Assembly: GCA_036172245.1 (NCBI GenBank)
Contig: JAYWIR010000018.1
Coordinates: forward strand, 1,736,001 to 1,800,000
Length of the DNA stretch: 64,000 nucleotides
Source: Raillietiella orientalis
Taxonomy: Eukaryota
Reading direction: 5' to 3'
Below the pieces are notes generated by a model. It ran no database searches. It saw only the letters and a program-made list of their open reading frames with translations, and was not told where the DNA came from. The position numbers and the translations under genes are program-made. How positions within the stretch are numbered: position 1 is the first letter of the stretch; each line of letters begins with the position of its first letter. Below, piece after piece: positions 1 through 13,060 of the stretch.

Positions 1-870
1 CCTTCAGAGGAATCGCCAGTCTCCTACGAATGGGAACGCAGCGTTGGTTTTGCCGCGTCCTTGCGGACGGGAAGCAGCTTCCTGGATGGCGTGGCCCTCA
101 AGCTATAGGCAGAAGACGAACAGAGCGTCACTTTCCTTCCTCTCCACCTACCACCGGTCGGGTGAAGGTTCTGCAAAATGTCAGGAGTCGGAATACTCCT
201 GGACAGCCTCAAGACCAACGGGCGGGTTGATGAACGCTGCCACTCCTCGTTTCCAGACAAAGAGACTCCTTCAGCGGAGTGACCAGTTTGGTGTGCCCTC
301 CCACCGAAGAACCCGTGGTGTCTTCCCTGTGTGCGGATACCTCTTGTTGGGCTGCAGTGCCATCGAGGACCATGTGGCGGAGACTCGCTTCGGAGCTCCG
401 ACAACCGCAGGACACTGCATTGGACTTGCTGCGACGCTTCCTCACCGGAGGCGGGCTGAAGAAGGGCGCTGCGATCCCAATAATCTGTTGCATGAGCGTC
501 ATAATGACAGCCTGCTATGTGTTGGAGTCAGGTTCGCGGCGAAGAGAGGCCACCAGCATGGCAGCAGTCCTCATGAGGGCAGCAGCAAGGCGGTCTCATG
601 CGCCACAAGAAGTCTCCAGGGAGATCGCCACCATCGACAGCCGCTTTTAAAGAGGAAGGAACGTCACATACCAAAGACCTCGGTCCCCACCCTCCCGTCT
701 TTTTTTATTTATTCATTGCCCCCTCCTTCCGCTCCCTACTTATTGGGAGCTGGCCTGCGTGCCGCTGATTATCCCGAATGAATGCCTTTTGGGGGGAGGG
801 GGAGAGCGCATCTCTTGTATTAAGAGGACACTACTTCCCTCTGACTTGTTTATTTTTTTCAATAAACGTC
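1..870 (+). mobile_element. Decayed 3' end of an L1/Tx1-like LINE ORF2 (zf-RVT-like region) with 3' UTR
   Basis: Across frameshifts: KVLQNVRS...TLP...VCP...YLLLGCSA/SRTMWRRL, resembling the C-terminal Cys/His region of L1/Tx1 ORF2. Stop at 650, then a T-rich UTR and AATAAA at 861-866. Confidence 0.45.
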
Positions 871-1849
871 CCGGCGTCACCGGGCCTTACTCGACCTATC
901 CACCCACCGGAGCTTGGCGGGAAGCTGAGGAAACGGGCAGGAACGGCCGTGATCCTCCCGCCCGCCTCCGTGAACTCACCCGACGTGCGCGATCACCAAG
1001 ACAACCTTTGGGTTCCTCCCTCCTTTCAGTTCCGACACTTCTGGAGAATGCCAGAGCAGAAGGGAATAGGTGACCGCTAGGGCGAAAGAGGATCAACGAT
1101 GAAGACCTGTTGGGTGCGCTTGTAGCACGAGAGGGGGAAGGGATTAGGGGATTTCGTTGACAAGCGCGACTTTTCGGGTTAGCTGGCTCCTTCCTTCCTG
1201 GCGAACCCCCGAGGATTCCAAGAGTTCCCGGGAGAATTCCTCCATTATTATCGGCTGACTGCTGCGACCCGAACGGATGCGTTCGGCAGACCACTCCTCC
1301 GCTTGGGAGTCACTTCCGGTGCGCGGCCTCCAACGAGAGGCACAGGCGCATCTTTTCCCTGAAGGACGCGCGCGCGTTTTCGAAGAACGTGACTCACTCT
1401 CGAAACAGAATCCTCTTCCCTTTTCCCGGAGAAAGCAGAAGGTGGAAAGGTAGGAAGTACAAGGAAGCTCCATGAAATCGGAGGTCCTATCCAACGCCCT
1501 TCCAGCTTTGACTTTTCGGCTCCCGTCTTCCCCCATCGAGGAAAGCTCAGTACATGCTGTCTCCGGGAAACAGCAGTCCCTGCGGGCCTTGTTCCTATTT
1601 CAGAGAAAAACACGTCGGAAGCCTCAGCGTCAAGCGGGGAGTTCTCGTCCCTGCCTCCGACGATGCGACTTCAAAGGGAACGCCACAAAGTCAAAATCAA
1701 CCCCATCATAACCACCGAGGAATTCTGGATGAAAGCAAACAAAAAGCCTGGGAGGATCCCAATTGGCATGCAACAATGCGAAGGCCCAAAAAATGAAAAT
1801 TGGAGGCACAGGAAATCATCCTGATCAATCACCATGATAATTGGAGATC

Positions 1850-2780
1850 CCTAAAGCAGAAGAGGAGGAGGAGGAGGTCTTGTTCCAAAATCATCGACAT
1901 GAGGTACCCGAACGAACATTCAAAGAATCTGTTGTTCATGTCATTTCGATTCCTCCCTACTGTTCCCTGGAGATGTCTCTGACTGAAATTCCTCCCAAAT
2001 CGATTTCTCCGTTTGTGTTGATCGGAGCGGAGAAGCGGATGTTCTGGCCAAGAATCAGAATGCCAGGGACGCACCTTCTTTCCCCTGTAGGCAGCTGCCG
2101 CCGTAGCCCCAGAACAAGCCTTCCCTCGGGAATCTTCCTGGGCATACAAGGACAGACCATGGCCATCGGACCTGGAAGAGATGTCGGTCTCTTGGAATAC
2201 CTGGATGAATAGCAGCGCATCAGACTTCTTAAGGGTTGGCTGACTTTTCTGGCTGCGGTGGCAAATGCCACGCCAGCTGCCCGGAATCTGTTCCCCGGAG
2301 GATGAGTTGTGAGAGAGCACGAAAACGAGGAAGTCGGGGGACCTGGTTGAGATGACCTGATTTTTGACGAGAAAGAGAGGATGCTCGGGACTGTCTTTCC
2401 AGGTGCCTGCATTCTGGTAGCCCTGATGAACTCGGCGAGGAGGCTTGCCCAGTCCTTTGGTCTTGTTTCCCGAATGCTTTGGTCTTCTGAACGATGTCCA
2501 GGGAACGCATTCAACTTGCGGTGACGAAGTCAGGATTCGAGTCACCGCCGTGGTCGCCGAAGACATTCGGTGCCACATCTGCCAACATCAAGACATTGGT
2601 AACGCAAAGGAAAGCAACTACCTAGCTGCTCTCCTAGTGCAGCTGGGTAGTTGCGTGCTTCCTGCGACCGTTAGAGGAATTCCAGCATCCTGTGGAAGTA
2701 AGAGAAGCTCACGGTGTCGTTAGGCCATTTTCCCGAGGACAGGAAGGAGCTTCTCCTAGAATGCATAGCCTCGGGTGATG
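1850..2780 (-). mobile_element. Decayed L1/Tx1-like ORF2 fragment (RT C-half and post-RT region)
   Basis: Weak motif remnants in the expected order: CPRENGLT, VTNVLMLADVAPNVF, KDWASLL, MVCPCMPRKIPEGRLVL (like LPxxxGGLGL). Many stops and frameshifts. Confidence 0.3.
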
Positions 2781-2799
2781 ATAGTGGAGGACAAACAGC

Positions 2800-2962
2800 T
2801 CCACTCCTTTTTCCCTTTCCCCTTCTCCTCTTCCTCCTCCTCTCTTTCTCTTATTCTCCCTTTCCTCCTCCTCCCTTCCTTTCCCTCCTTTTCATCACAA
2901 CCGTCATCATCATCCATCGCTCATCCTCCCTCTCTTCCTTCCTTCCTCCGTTCACTCCCTTC
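2800..2962 (+). repeat. Polypyrimidine (CCT/TTC/TC) low-complexity tract
   Basis: Directly visible. Similar tracts occur at 4350-4380, 6480-6530 and 12420-12555. Confidence 0.85.
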
Positions 2963-2979
2963 CGGAGTCTTGAGGGTAC

Positions 2980-3600
2980 GCAGAACGTGGGCAGGAGCAA
3001 CCACCACCCTCCGTTCCATCGTCTCCGCGGTTTCTTCGAGCTTCCTCTGAACGATGTGTGTTCTGCCCGACGGGATCGGCCCTGCTGCCTTGGAAATCGA
3101 GGATAGCAATCGGGTTGGATGTATGAAGGTCGGGGGAACACGGAATAGCGCAATCTGCTGAAGAGGAAAGGATTGAATTGGACAAAGAGTCACGTCGGGA
3201 GCTTCTTGCGTCCAAAGAGCCAGCTCTCCGGGTGTGGGTCAGCGCGACCTCAGCGGACGCGGTGGCGGACAGCGTCGGCGGTGTCCGCCGGAAAGCACGA
3301 AAGAGCCCGAAGATGCGACAGAACCAGAAGCTCTTCTCGCGCAGCCAGCAGAGACTGCAAGAGGAACTTCGTGAGGGAAAGTGGGGGCATCATCCGCTCT
3401 CCACGAGGTGCAGGGAGGGGAGATCAGACCAAGGTGCACACCCGAAGGTTTCTTTTGCGCCGCGGGAGTTCCCTGGGCGCACCGAAGGCGACCTGAAACG
3501 CGCATCAAGTCCTACGCACCCCTCTGCGGACGCGATCCTGGGTCGCTGTGTGCAGTGCACTCGATCACGTGAATTCACCCCAAATCGGCGGCTTTTCCGT
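2980..3600 (-). mobile_element. Decayed LINE RT fragment
   Basis: RCAQG and PLSLTKFLL (like QGCPLSxxLF), a degenerate ADD-like remnant, then PIAILDF (like IKILG) and IVQRKLEE. Confidence 0.3.
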
Positions 3601-3639
3601 CCTTGGCCGCTCTCTCGCGTGTCTCCAAAGATGCAATTT

Positions 3640-4000
3640 CAGGATTAGGGAACACCCCACCCGTCTCTACCAGGCAGTTTATTGATAAAATCCGCAAGCG
3701 AGGATGCTGCTTGTCGACGGAGCCTCCCCCTGGTGGCTCACTCCGAAACTCGGCCTCTCCACCCTGAGACGGATTCGTTGGTGGTCCCAAGACTGAGAGA
3801 TCCGGTTCCTGGATCCGAGAAAACCGCTCCGGGAAGAGTCCCCATGTTGGATCGGTCGACTCTCCTGCTGGATGGCGGGCTCTTACGTAACGGGAAAATA
3901 AACCGGAAAGCATACGGGAGGAGGGAAGAGGGAGGGGGTAGAATAGGACTCCTGGAGGTGATGTCAAGAGGCGGCGCACTTCTTCCTGTCTTTTCCCCTT
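3640..4000 (+). mobile_element. Decayed L1/Tx1-like post-RT fragment
   Basis: NGKINRKAYGRREEGGGRIGLLEV in ORF 3682-4104 resembles the WxG..I....L..P..EGGxGL.D motif. Confidence 0.35.
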
Positions 4001-4999
4001 TTTCTTCCCGAAACGACTCTCGGTCACCCGCGGACCCGACTGGATCCTCTCAGATTCAAAATTCCGCGCGAGGAAAGTTTGGGAAGATGAGGGCGGATGA
4101 GTAGGGATAGGCAGGCTTTGTATCGAATTGGACATCTCTCTGGACCGCGCATCCAGAGAGATGTCCATCCACCCTTTTGGTTCCGCGGGCAAGTTCTCAC
4201 GGGTGGCGCCAGCGCGGCTTCGGTCCCAGACTTGTCACGTGACCCCAAATCCGCGGAGAATTCATCCGGCAGTTCCTGTCTCGAGGATTGCAGAGAGGGG
4301 GAGGGGAGAGGGGGGAAGCAGATCGCCTTAAAAAAACACCACCACCAGCTATTTCCTCCTCCTTCTCTTCCTCCTCCTTTCGGGATTTTCGATTCGAATG
4401 CGACATAGGGAGAAGAAAAAAAAAGGGGGGGGACTCCGAAATCCCGATGCATGCGCTCGATACTCACAATGAAGTTCCATCCCTGGAGGAATCATTCATT
4501 TAAAGCGCATTGTCTATTCAGAACCATTAGAACAGTAACGGCCTGGAGTTTGCTGGAACGGGATGATTAGCTCGGGAAGAAATTATTTTTATGACGACGT
4601 ATGGTGAAGAGTCGACATCAAGAAGGGAACGGGGGAAGATGCAGAGCTTTGGTCGGCGAAAGAGAGGATGCAGTCTGGCTACAGATAGGATGCTGCTCGA
4701 CGAGAACCGTCTCTCACAGACCCCGAACTCCAGGAGGAGGCAGGCCAGGAGACAGGCACTGCGTCTCGCTGCGAATTGGGCGTGCCCTCATCCAGGTGGC
4801 GGGCGCGGCACACCGATTTCTTTCGTACCCCCCCCCCCTCCCCCTCCTGAAAATTCCGCATGACCTCCCTGGCGAGAACCCACCGCCTCCGTCAGAAGCG
4901 GGAGGAAAGCAGCAGCTGCCGCGGTCCAGGCCTCTGCCAGCGCGCGGCCGGATGGTGGGACGGAGGTGAGGCCGCGGCCGCTGTCGCCAGCTTTTTCTG

Positions 5000-5400
5000 G
5001 CGCGGCGATAGGGTTGTCCGCGACTAGGCGCCACCGTGTCTCCCTCCTTGCGCCCTTCCTGACAGCCCGCGCGCAGCGCCAGATCCTCAGAGATCGAGCG
5101 CGTGACGCACCGTTGATACGCGCATTCCAGATACGTCACCTACCCAAGGCTCGCTCATTGCACGGACGTGTGCCAGTGCGCCATCAGATGCCTTTGTTTC
5201 GTGCAGCAAGGGCACGTGTCACGTCGTCTCGAGCCGCGAAAAAGCGCCAGAAGCGAACCGTGGCGAGTGAGCAGCAGCTGGGGACGAGCCAGCGAGCGTT
5301 CCAGAAGCGGGTCGTCCTGGAGACGCGGCAGCAGATTACTGGCATGCAAGCTGGCCGCTTCTTCGGCACCCGCTTGCCCACCTCCACCTCACTCCCCCTT
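5000..5400 (-). mobile_element. Decayed LINE C-terminal zinc-finger fragment
   Basis: DTCPCCTKQRHLMAHW in ORF 5155-5349 resembles the CPxC...H zinc knuckle. In-frame stops follow. Confidence 0.3.
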
Positions 5401-7199
5401 TCTGTTCTTTCTGTCTCCCAACTGGGGAAGCGCGGAGACCGGTAGTGTTGGCGAGTCAGCAGAGACCTCTGTTCCACGCGTGAGGCCTGATGAACCCCCG
5501 CTTTCCCGACAGTTGTCTTCCCCCCCCCCCCCGCCGGCCTAAGTTTTCCTGCCCTCCAGAGGCGCCACCACTGAGCTTCCTTTCGTCTCGCCTCCCGAGT
5601 TACGAGCGGCGACATCCTCGAAGGAAGGAGGTCCTGGCCCCTGCGACGCTTCCCTGGATGGAGGTGACCACTTGACAGTCCTTGGGTTGCCTTTGACTCC
5701 CTCAGCCTAAACCAAGTCCTTCCCGGTGCGTCCCAGTGGATGGCTTCGGCCTGAGGATGATGCTCGCATCTTCTTCCAGCTCTCGCAGCTGCCGAGTGCG
5801 GCTGAAAGCCCAGAGACCGGTCGGAGGGGGCAATGCTCGCGAAGAAGCAGCCTCTGCCCTCAGCACTCCCTGCCGGAGCACTTCCTCGTCTCCCGTGGCT
5901 GCCGCGTGTCACCAGGCCCTCGTCACGTGACTACACCCGCTGCCGTTGTCGCTGCAAACCCGACGCGCCCTGGAGCGCAGTCGCGCCCGCCCTCGAGAGG
6001 GCAAATCCGCGAACGACGGGATCCCTCCCGTTCGAATTTATGCGATCCCGTTCTTGGTCCCACTTTCTTAAATCTCCCGATCTAGCGCTTGTCATGTTTG
6101 AAGTCTCCAGAGCAACGGTGGAAGGGGATCCATCTTCTGGAACTAGGCCTTTCCCCTTTCTATTCACTCCGATTTCCGATTCCTGGAAATCGGGTGCATA
6201 ATGAGAAAAGAGGAAAGTACTCCTCGTCGGGAAGAAGGAGGAGGATTTTGCTCCTCCGCGGTGCCCACGCGGCCCGCGCGTGTGCGGCCGTTGATTGGAC
6301 GCGCGGAGGGGCCGCGATGTGATCCCGAATCTCTTCGGTTCAGATCATCATCCCGAAATCAAAAACGCTTTTTCATTTTTGAAAAAGAAATCCAAGGACT
6401 GTCAGAGGGATTTATCTGCGCCTATCCCGGTGATGGCGCCGGTAGTTTGTCACCCACTTTCGTACCCTCCGTGCGCATTGCCCTCCTCCTCCTTTTTTCC
6501 TCCTCCTCTTCCTCCTCCCCCTCCTGCCCTCGCGCGGCCTTCCTGGCACGCTGCTCTTCCTGTTTGCGCTGCAGCGAATGCGTCCCTCAGCGTCCGGGAG
6601 GCGAAGCATCCAGGTGCCTCGCGGCCTGGGTCGGGTAGGTCAGGTCCTTCTGACCTACCCCGCTCCTGCGGCACGAGAGCGCGGGAGTACCGTAGAGCGA
6701 GTACCCTCCCACTCCAGAAAAAAATGACAGAGGGAAACTGGCTTCACGATCGCACCCGGATGCAAGGGACTCTGCCTCCTCTCCTTCCCTTTCATTCCCT
6801 TTCTTCTCCCTGTTTAAAATTAGCCCACTTGTGATTTCGGATCAGGGTCCTTCTTGAACCTGAGGATTGCTTTTGCCTTTTCCGGGAAGGGAAGCTCTCC
6901 TCCTGGAAATCCCAGGGAATCGTGCAGATGCCTATTTTTAAAAATGCGCTCTTCCTTGGTGCGATGGCATCCCTCCCCCGCCTCTTGTCACCCCGGGGCT
7001 CAGAACGATGTCGCGGTTCCCTCGCTGTCCTTCATTTCGGTCCGGGGCTTCAGAGAAACACCTGCGCCAAAAAGAACGGAGGGAGGGGGAAAAAGGTTGC
7101 TGTTCCCTTTTCTCCTTCCCGATCTCCCAGCAGCGGGCAACCTTGATTCCCGTCTATCGAAACGTCGGTTTCGGTTGCGTTGCTGCTGCCCCCCGAGGG

Positions 7200-8020
7200 C
7201 AGCACAAACAGCCGGGCCTGAAGATCCCTGAAGATGAATGCAACGATGACGCCATTCGTCGCCCTCGAAGGTCCAACGCGAGGCTGGCCCCGCAAGGACC
7301 GGCGGATGCTACCCGTGCATTCAGTTGATCGGCGTTCCCCCCTCGAAGAGCTGGTGGGCCTCTGGAGGAGAGGACCCTCACACTCGCAGCCGAGAAGCGC
7401 TTGTGACCTCCAAAACTTCAGGAATCCGCTCGCGCGAATCGCCGGCCACCATTGGCTCCATCAGGTGGAAACCTCCCTCCACACTCGTTCGCCTCTCAGC
7501 AATGTATGGACCCGACGCGTGTCTGGTGGAGAGATTCGGGAAGAGCAAATAAACGCCAGGGGAAGGCGTTGCTACGGCGCCAGGAGACGACGCCAGATCG
7601 CGGATGAGGTCCCTCCCCCTCTTCCGGAGCTGTTCAGCGGATGCGCCGCCATACCCCAGAGTGCCTTTTCTCACCTGACCACTCCGTCAGGAAGAGGTAG
7701 GAGAGGAAGAATGTGGCTAAAGCGGAGGAGGAGTGCGATCTCCACTGCCACATGCAATCCGGGATGGTAATCTGGGATGTGAGGCACAAAGGTGAGTGTG
7801 AGTTTGATCCGGTACCGGTGAACGCGACCCTCACACTCCTATTATCCCCCATCCTGTGCAGACCTCCCTCCGGAATCATCATGAGGACCGCGCACGTCTG
7901 TCCTATTCCCCGCTTATCCACTGCCCTTCCCTAGCCTTGTCCCCAGTGGGGATGCTCTCCTTGGATACGGACTGACACATGCCCCCTGGCGTTATCTGTT
8001 TTGATGTATTCAATAAATGG
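7200..8020 (+). mobile_element. Decayed 3' end of an L1/Tx1-like LINE
   Basis: HWLHQV / PSTLVRLSAMYGPDAC (like LPTxxRL...CP), then KRRRSAI.../MVIWDVRHK (like IWxxRN), then a 3' UTR and AATAAA at 8012-8017. Confidence 0.45.
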
Positions 8021-8099
8021 CTCGTCTATCCGGGGACGAGAAGGTCACGCTGGGAATCAAGTTCTCCACCCCTATTTATTTGTTTCACCCTTTGCTGCC

Positions 8100-8800
8100 T
8101 CCTTAGCCAGGCATCCCCAGTGAAGTTTGCCCCCTTCTGCCTTGGGTCGTCTTTATTTTATCGCCTGGTGGGTGGATCGTGGCGAGGAGGCCTCCCCGGG
8201 ACCTTCGTGTCGTTCACGTGGCGTACACGAGGAAACGGATTGGAAAGGAACCTCTTTTCCTCCTAAATCCAGGACCTCCAGGCTCGAGCAGGAGGCTCAA
8301 GTGCTTCGTACACTTGAGGAGACTGCTGCCCATCGAGGAGAGTTGGAGGGTCAAGGGCAAGTGGACGCTGGGGGGGGGGGGACGAACGCTGGTCCGGCTT
8401 CGTCCGGAAGTCGAGACATCCCGCTCTTCCAGCAAACACCACCTGTATCGTGGTTGGCTCCCCACATCACCTTTCTGAGGTCTCCCGTTCTTTTCTTCGG
8501 GATTCTCGGCGTCTTGAGTGCACCCTCGTTCGCTGTGTCCCAGGGATACCACGAACGGTTGCCGAGACCTCCTTCGACTCGAAGCGGAGGACTAGCCTTC
8601 CCTTGCCTCACACCCTCCGACGCGGAGGAAGCGCAGCATCCCTGTGGTCGCGCTCTGTCCGTGAAGACCACCACTATCTTGCCTTCGAAGCACCAAACCG
8701 AGCGAAAGCCAACCACCCGCTTCCCGGGATGGGATGGCCGGAGGCTATCAAATCCCACTGCTTTCTTTCCGACCCTCTTCGTTTGGACCACTTGTGACTA
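8100..8800 (+). mobile_element. Decayed L1/Tx1-like post-RT fragment
   Basis: VSWLAPHIT...SQGYHERLPRPPSTRSGGLAFPCL in ORF 8127-8801; the GGLxxP motif lies at about 8586-8609. Confidence 0.45.
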
Positions 8801-9849
8801 ACCGTCTCTGTAACCAGGGTCTGGCGACGACCCGGTGGTTGGCGGTGTGCCGCGCTTTCTGAGTGTTCCCCATCAGGAGGAGAGGATTCAGTCGTGTCTC
8901 ATAGACGCACCTGCTGTCTGCGAGCTTCGGAGAGCTCTGCAGGAGGGAAGTGTCCCGGGGTCTAGTGACCTACCCAACCCCGCAGGAGGTGTCCCCTCTT
9001 GTCCTGGCTTCCCGCGGTAACGGCGGCGCGTTCAGCAAGCCGGTGCGACGGGTGCTTCTCCTTCGACGACGCGCATTTCGGCGTTTCTTTCTTTTCGTCC
9101 CGAAGGAAGCCCAGCCCAGCCCAGGTCCAGGTCGTCCTCGCGTTTTCGGTGACCTCGCGTGCCTGAAGGACCTCCCTCTATCCCTCGACCACCGCCTGCT
9201 GCCACGCTGCCCGATTGAGCTATCGAGCTCAGCTATGGAGTCCAATCCTGTTCTTCTCCTTCCTGGAGAGTGCGATCCCGGGTTCGCGGTCCCTATTCTT
9301 CTGCAGGTTCTCCTCCCTCGGCGATTTTTGCGATGCGAATCCGCGGTGGACGTGGAGCTGACGGAAGCCTCGCTTCCTCCCGTCCCTTCTTCCTACCTGT
9401 CCACAGGTCCTTGACGTCGCCGCTTCGAATATGTGCTGCTGCTGCACCTTACACGTTCTACGATGCGTTCCCGATCCCGTCGCCCGCATCTCGGGTGCCG
9501 CACTGGCAGGAAGCAGATGCGCGCGACCGGGAAGGTGGCCTGTTCTCCGTGGCAGGTCAGGAAGCCGGAGGAGCCGGCCACGGAAAGGGTGGCGGTTCGA
9601 AGAGCGGCGATTTCTCCCTCCCCGCCCGTAGGACTTCGCTTCCGGTCGGCTCCCCTCCATCCGCAAGAGATGGAGAGGAGGGAGGAAGCACGCGCCACGC
9701 GGGCGGGGTGACCGCTGAGACGAGGCCGCCTTCCCATTCGAGGAGGGAAGGGAGGAGGGTGAAGAAGAGCTGTCTCTGTCGCTCGGGATGGTGATGACTG
9801 CTGGCCAGCGGACCCTCTGACCCGAGAGACCTCCCCATAGCAGATCGAC

Positions 9850-10500
9850 GACGTCCGCCGGAAGCCTCTCGAGCATCCGGGAAAGGAAACCCAGATGATT
9901 CCGCGCCGGCCCGGAGCCAGGAAGCTTCGAAACCCGAGATGGGAAGAGAGAGGTTCCCGCTACATGTCGGCGCAGATAAGGGAATCAAACATTCATCCTG
10001 CGTGGACTCCTCCTCCCCTTCCGCTGCCCCCGAAATCTCATTCCCAGCGTGCTGGGGGGACGCACGTCATTAAGAACTCGGCGTGTTCCCTCCCCCCCTC
10101 CCTTCCTCCAGTCGCTCTGGAAAATTCCCAGAAAGGTACGGAGGAGGCAGCGGATCCTCTCCCGAGTCGGAGCATCTCCTACACTAGCGACGATGAACAT
10201 GCAGCTTATCGTGATCAGGGATATCAGCGGACCCGCTCGATCCCTCCTCCAGGAGGAGCGTATCAACTAATGAAGTCTTCCTTATCTCCCGGGTTAGCTC
10301 CCGCTGGCGCTCGGACGAATTAGAATCACAATGGAGGGAGCAACTCTTTCGCGTGGACCGCGCTCTTCCCCCCCTCGAGAAACGCAGAGACGTCCGGGTC
10401 GGAATGCAGTCGCGGGACTCCCCTCTTCGCCAGGATGAGCCTCCCCTCTTTGGCTGCGAGCGGCGGCGGAACAGAAGGGGAGGCAGAGGGGGAGACGGCG
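9850..10500 (-). mobile_element. Decayed LINE RT N-terminal half
   Basis: In order on the minus strand: SRDCIP (like PGxDGxP), PLISLITIS...RIR (like RPISLL...RL), MFDSL (like KAFDSV), SGFEASWL (like GFxxxFI). Confidence 0.35.
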
Positions 10501-12699
10501 GCAGACCGATCAATCCCGTCTGCCGTCCGGGGTCCTCGACGGCCGATGCGAACCCACGGAGCGTTCGCAGCCGCGGAGAAGGCGAACGCGTGCCCTGCCT
10601 CGGAGTCACTGGGGTCGGGAGCGGGGATATCGGACCCGATCCCGTCCCTCCTTCCTCCGGTGGCTCACTGGGGCTGCTCGTAAGGACACGGAGCGGAGCC
10701 GCGGTCAGCCACGGTCGCCTCCTCTTGGCTGGGAAGACCCGTCATCGCGAGAGGTCCCGCCGGTGAGCAAGCATCACACGCGTGCGCCCTTCGCACACAT
10801 CCCGACCTAGATGCACCCTCTCTGCGCAGGCGCCCCAACCCCGATGGTTCATCTGAGCGGCGTTTGGAGCGCTGCTGCCCATGGCGGGATGAGTTTGCCA
10901 TCTTCGGGGAGAGATGAATTTCACTCCCCCCGAGGAAAGATCTCTGGTGTAGGTGCGGAACTGAGGCACGAGTATGACTTTCGGTCAGTCTCGCTTCTCC
11001 CAGTCTCCTTTTTTCCTTTTGGCGAAAACGAGGGGTGAAGTGTTCCCTCCAGAGGAACGCGTGACGTAGCATCCCTGACCCAATGGATTTCTCTGGAGTC
11101 TCCACAGAACACACCCTCCAACTACGTGGGGAGGGATGGGGGCTGAGTGAAGGGACAGGAAGGGAAAGGGAGGATTTTCGGAACGGTCCCGGAGAGAAGG
11201 TGGTGGGGAGCGCGGCCGCCTGAGGTCCCGTTTCGACCGACGAGAGGAGAGGCGAAGAACAGGGAATGTCGTTTCCCAAGGGAGCCAGTCTCCCGCGGAT
11301 CGAGTCTCCTTCTCGATACCCGGGGATCGTCCACGTGGATCTTGTCGGGAGCGACCTCCCTCCTCGGAGCCTCCGCGGGCCGACGAAGGAGCGCCTCCGC
11401 CGATGGGCGTGGATTGACCCTGTTCTTCCCTTCTCATGAGCCCCTCTCCCGCAGTGCATCCGACTAGGGACGTGCGAATCCTCCCTCCCCTCTCCTTCTC
11501 CCCATCGGCTCCTGCTTCCTGCTGAGATTCCTCAGCAGGGCATCTCCTACTCGGCGGCGGCGGTCGCCTTTCCCTCGCCACCTGTCGCGATCCGCGAGAG
11601 TCCATCCCGCCGCACGCGCCTGCGCCCCTATTCCCCACCTCCCCCAGGAAAAGAGGGATCGTGGCCTCCTGCAGACGTTAGAGGAGCGGGCGGGAGAAGA
11701 GACGGCCGCGAAGATGTCAATCCAGGCAGAGGTGGTGCATCCTGGAAGCCCTCAGCTGTGCTCACCTCCCGGAAAACCGACCAGCCGTTCCCGAGCGCCA
11801 GCGTCGGCGGCAGGGAGGGGCCGGCAGGAACGAAGGAAGTCGTAAGGGGATCACCCTGCAGCGTGACCTCTGCGACTGGCGCCGCTGCTCGAAAAGGGAA
11901 AGCAGCGACTGTCCCGAGTTGCGCCCAAACTCCTCCTAGTCTTCATCCCCAGCATCCACATCTCTGGGACATCTCTTTCCCCGTGACTCCCGGTCACGGA
12001 GGAGGGTCACACGCGTGATTCCCCCCCCCCCTTCCTCTCCACTCGCAACCTGTACCTTTCCCCGTTCCCGCTTCGCGACGTGAAAACCCCGACAGTCCCG
12101 GACATCAGTGCGTAGTTGACGATGGGGAAAAGAAACGTTCCCGGAGAGAATTCCCTTCTCCTCCCTTTCATTTCTACCCCTCTTGTCCTTCTACTCCTCC
12201 TCCTATTTTGCGTCCGCACGGGGCGGGTAGCGAGGATTGAATTTCGGTCAGAGGAGATGGCGCGGCGACCGGGTGGATGTCGCTCGGCTGCCCCGAGGTC
12301 CTCGCAACCATCTGAGCGGACCCATCGGACCATTCGTTTCTTCCATCATCTCCAACGTGGAATCTTCGATCTGCGGAGCAGGGAAAAGAGGAGCGATTAT
12401 AGCTCCACGGAAGAATCTCCTTCTCTCCCTCCTTCCGACTCCGTGGAAACGCGCTCGCGCGCTCTCTCCCTTTTCCCTCCCTCCATCCTTCCGTGCATCT
12501 TCGCTTCCTTTCGCTCCATCCTCTCCCCTTTTCTCCCTTTTTTTTTCTTTTTCTTAGGGGTGACATGGGAGGAAGGGGGAGAGGAGGACCGCGAGATGAA
12601 TCGCAACGGCGAATTTCTTCCCTGGTTCCTTCATCTCCCACCGCCGCTGTCAGGACGCCTATCCTTCACCCCCCTCTCACCCATTCCCTTCCCTCCCTG

Positions 12700-13060
12700 T
12701 GTCTCGGCGCTCGAGCACCCCGCAAGAGGGCGGAGAGGAAGAAGAGGAGCCTCAAATGCTCCTCCTCCCCTTCGCTCCAGCTCTCCCCCTGATGAGGTAT
12801 GCATTCGCAACTTCCTTCCAATGGGTCCCAAGCATTCTGCGATTCGAGTGAACGCATTTCTTTCGACGCAACGAGGAAGGGAACGCGTGGTCCCGAGGAG
12901 GGGAAAGGAATTCCCCGGGAAGTGGCACCAGGACAATCTGCTCTCCATGGCAACCGGCGGTCACCACGCGAACGAATCGGGCAGCGGCGTAAGAGGACAG
13001 AGATAGAGAGGCGCGGTGAGGATCAATGGGATGATGTGACAGAACGAGGGTGCCATCACC
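12700..13060 (-). mobile_element. Decayed Tx1-like post-RT fragment
   Basis: SLSLSSYAAARFV, MESRLSW, then LGTHWKEVANAYLIRGRAGAKG, resembling the Tx1 WxGxHWV...L..GGxG segment. Confidence 0.35.

Noticed and set aside
1..660. Stop-codon readthrough or an alternative genetic code to join broken ORFs
   Set aside because: The fragments need frameshifts as well as stop suppression, and the two host genes use the standard code.
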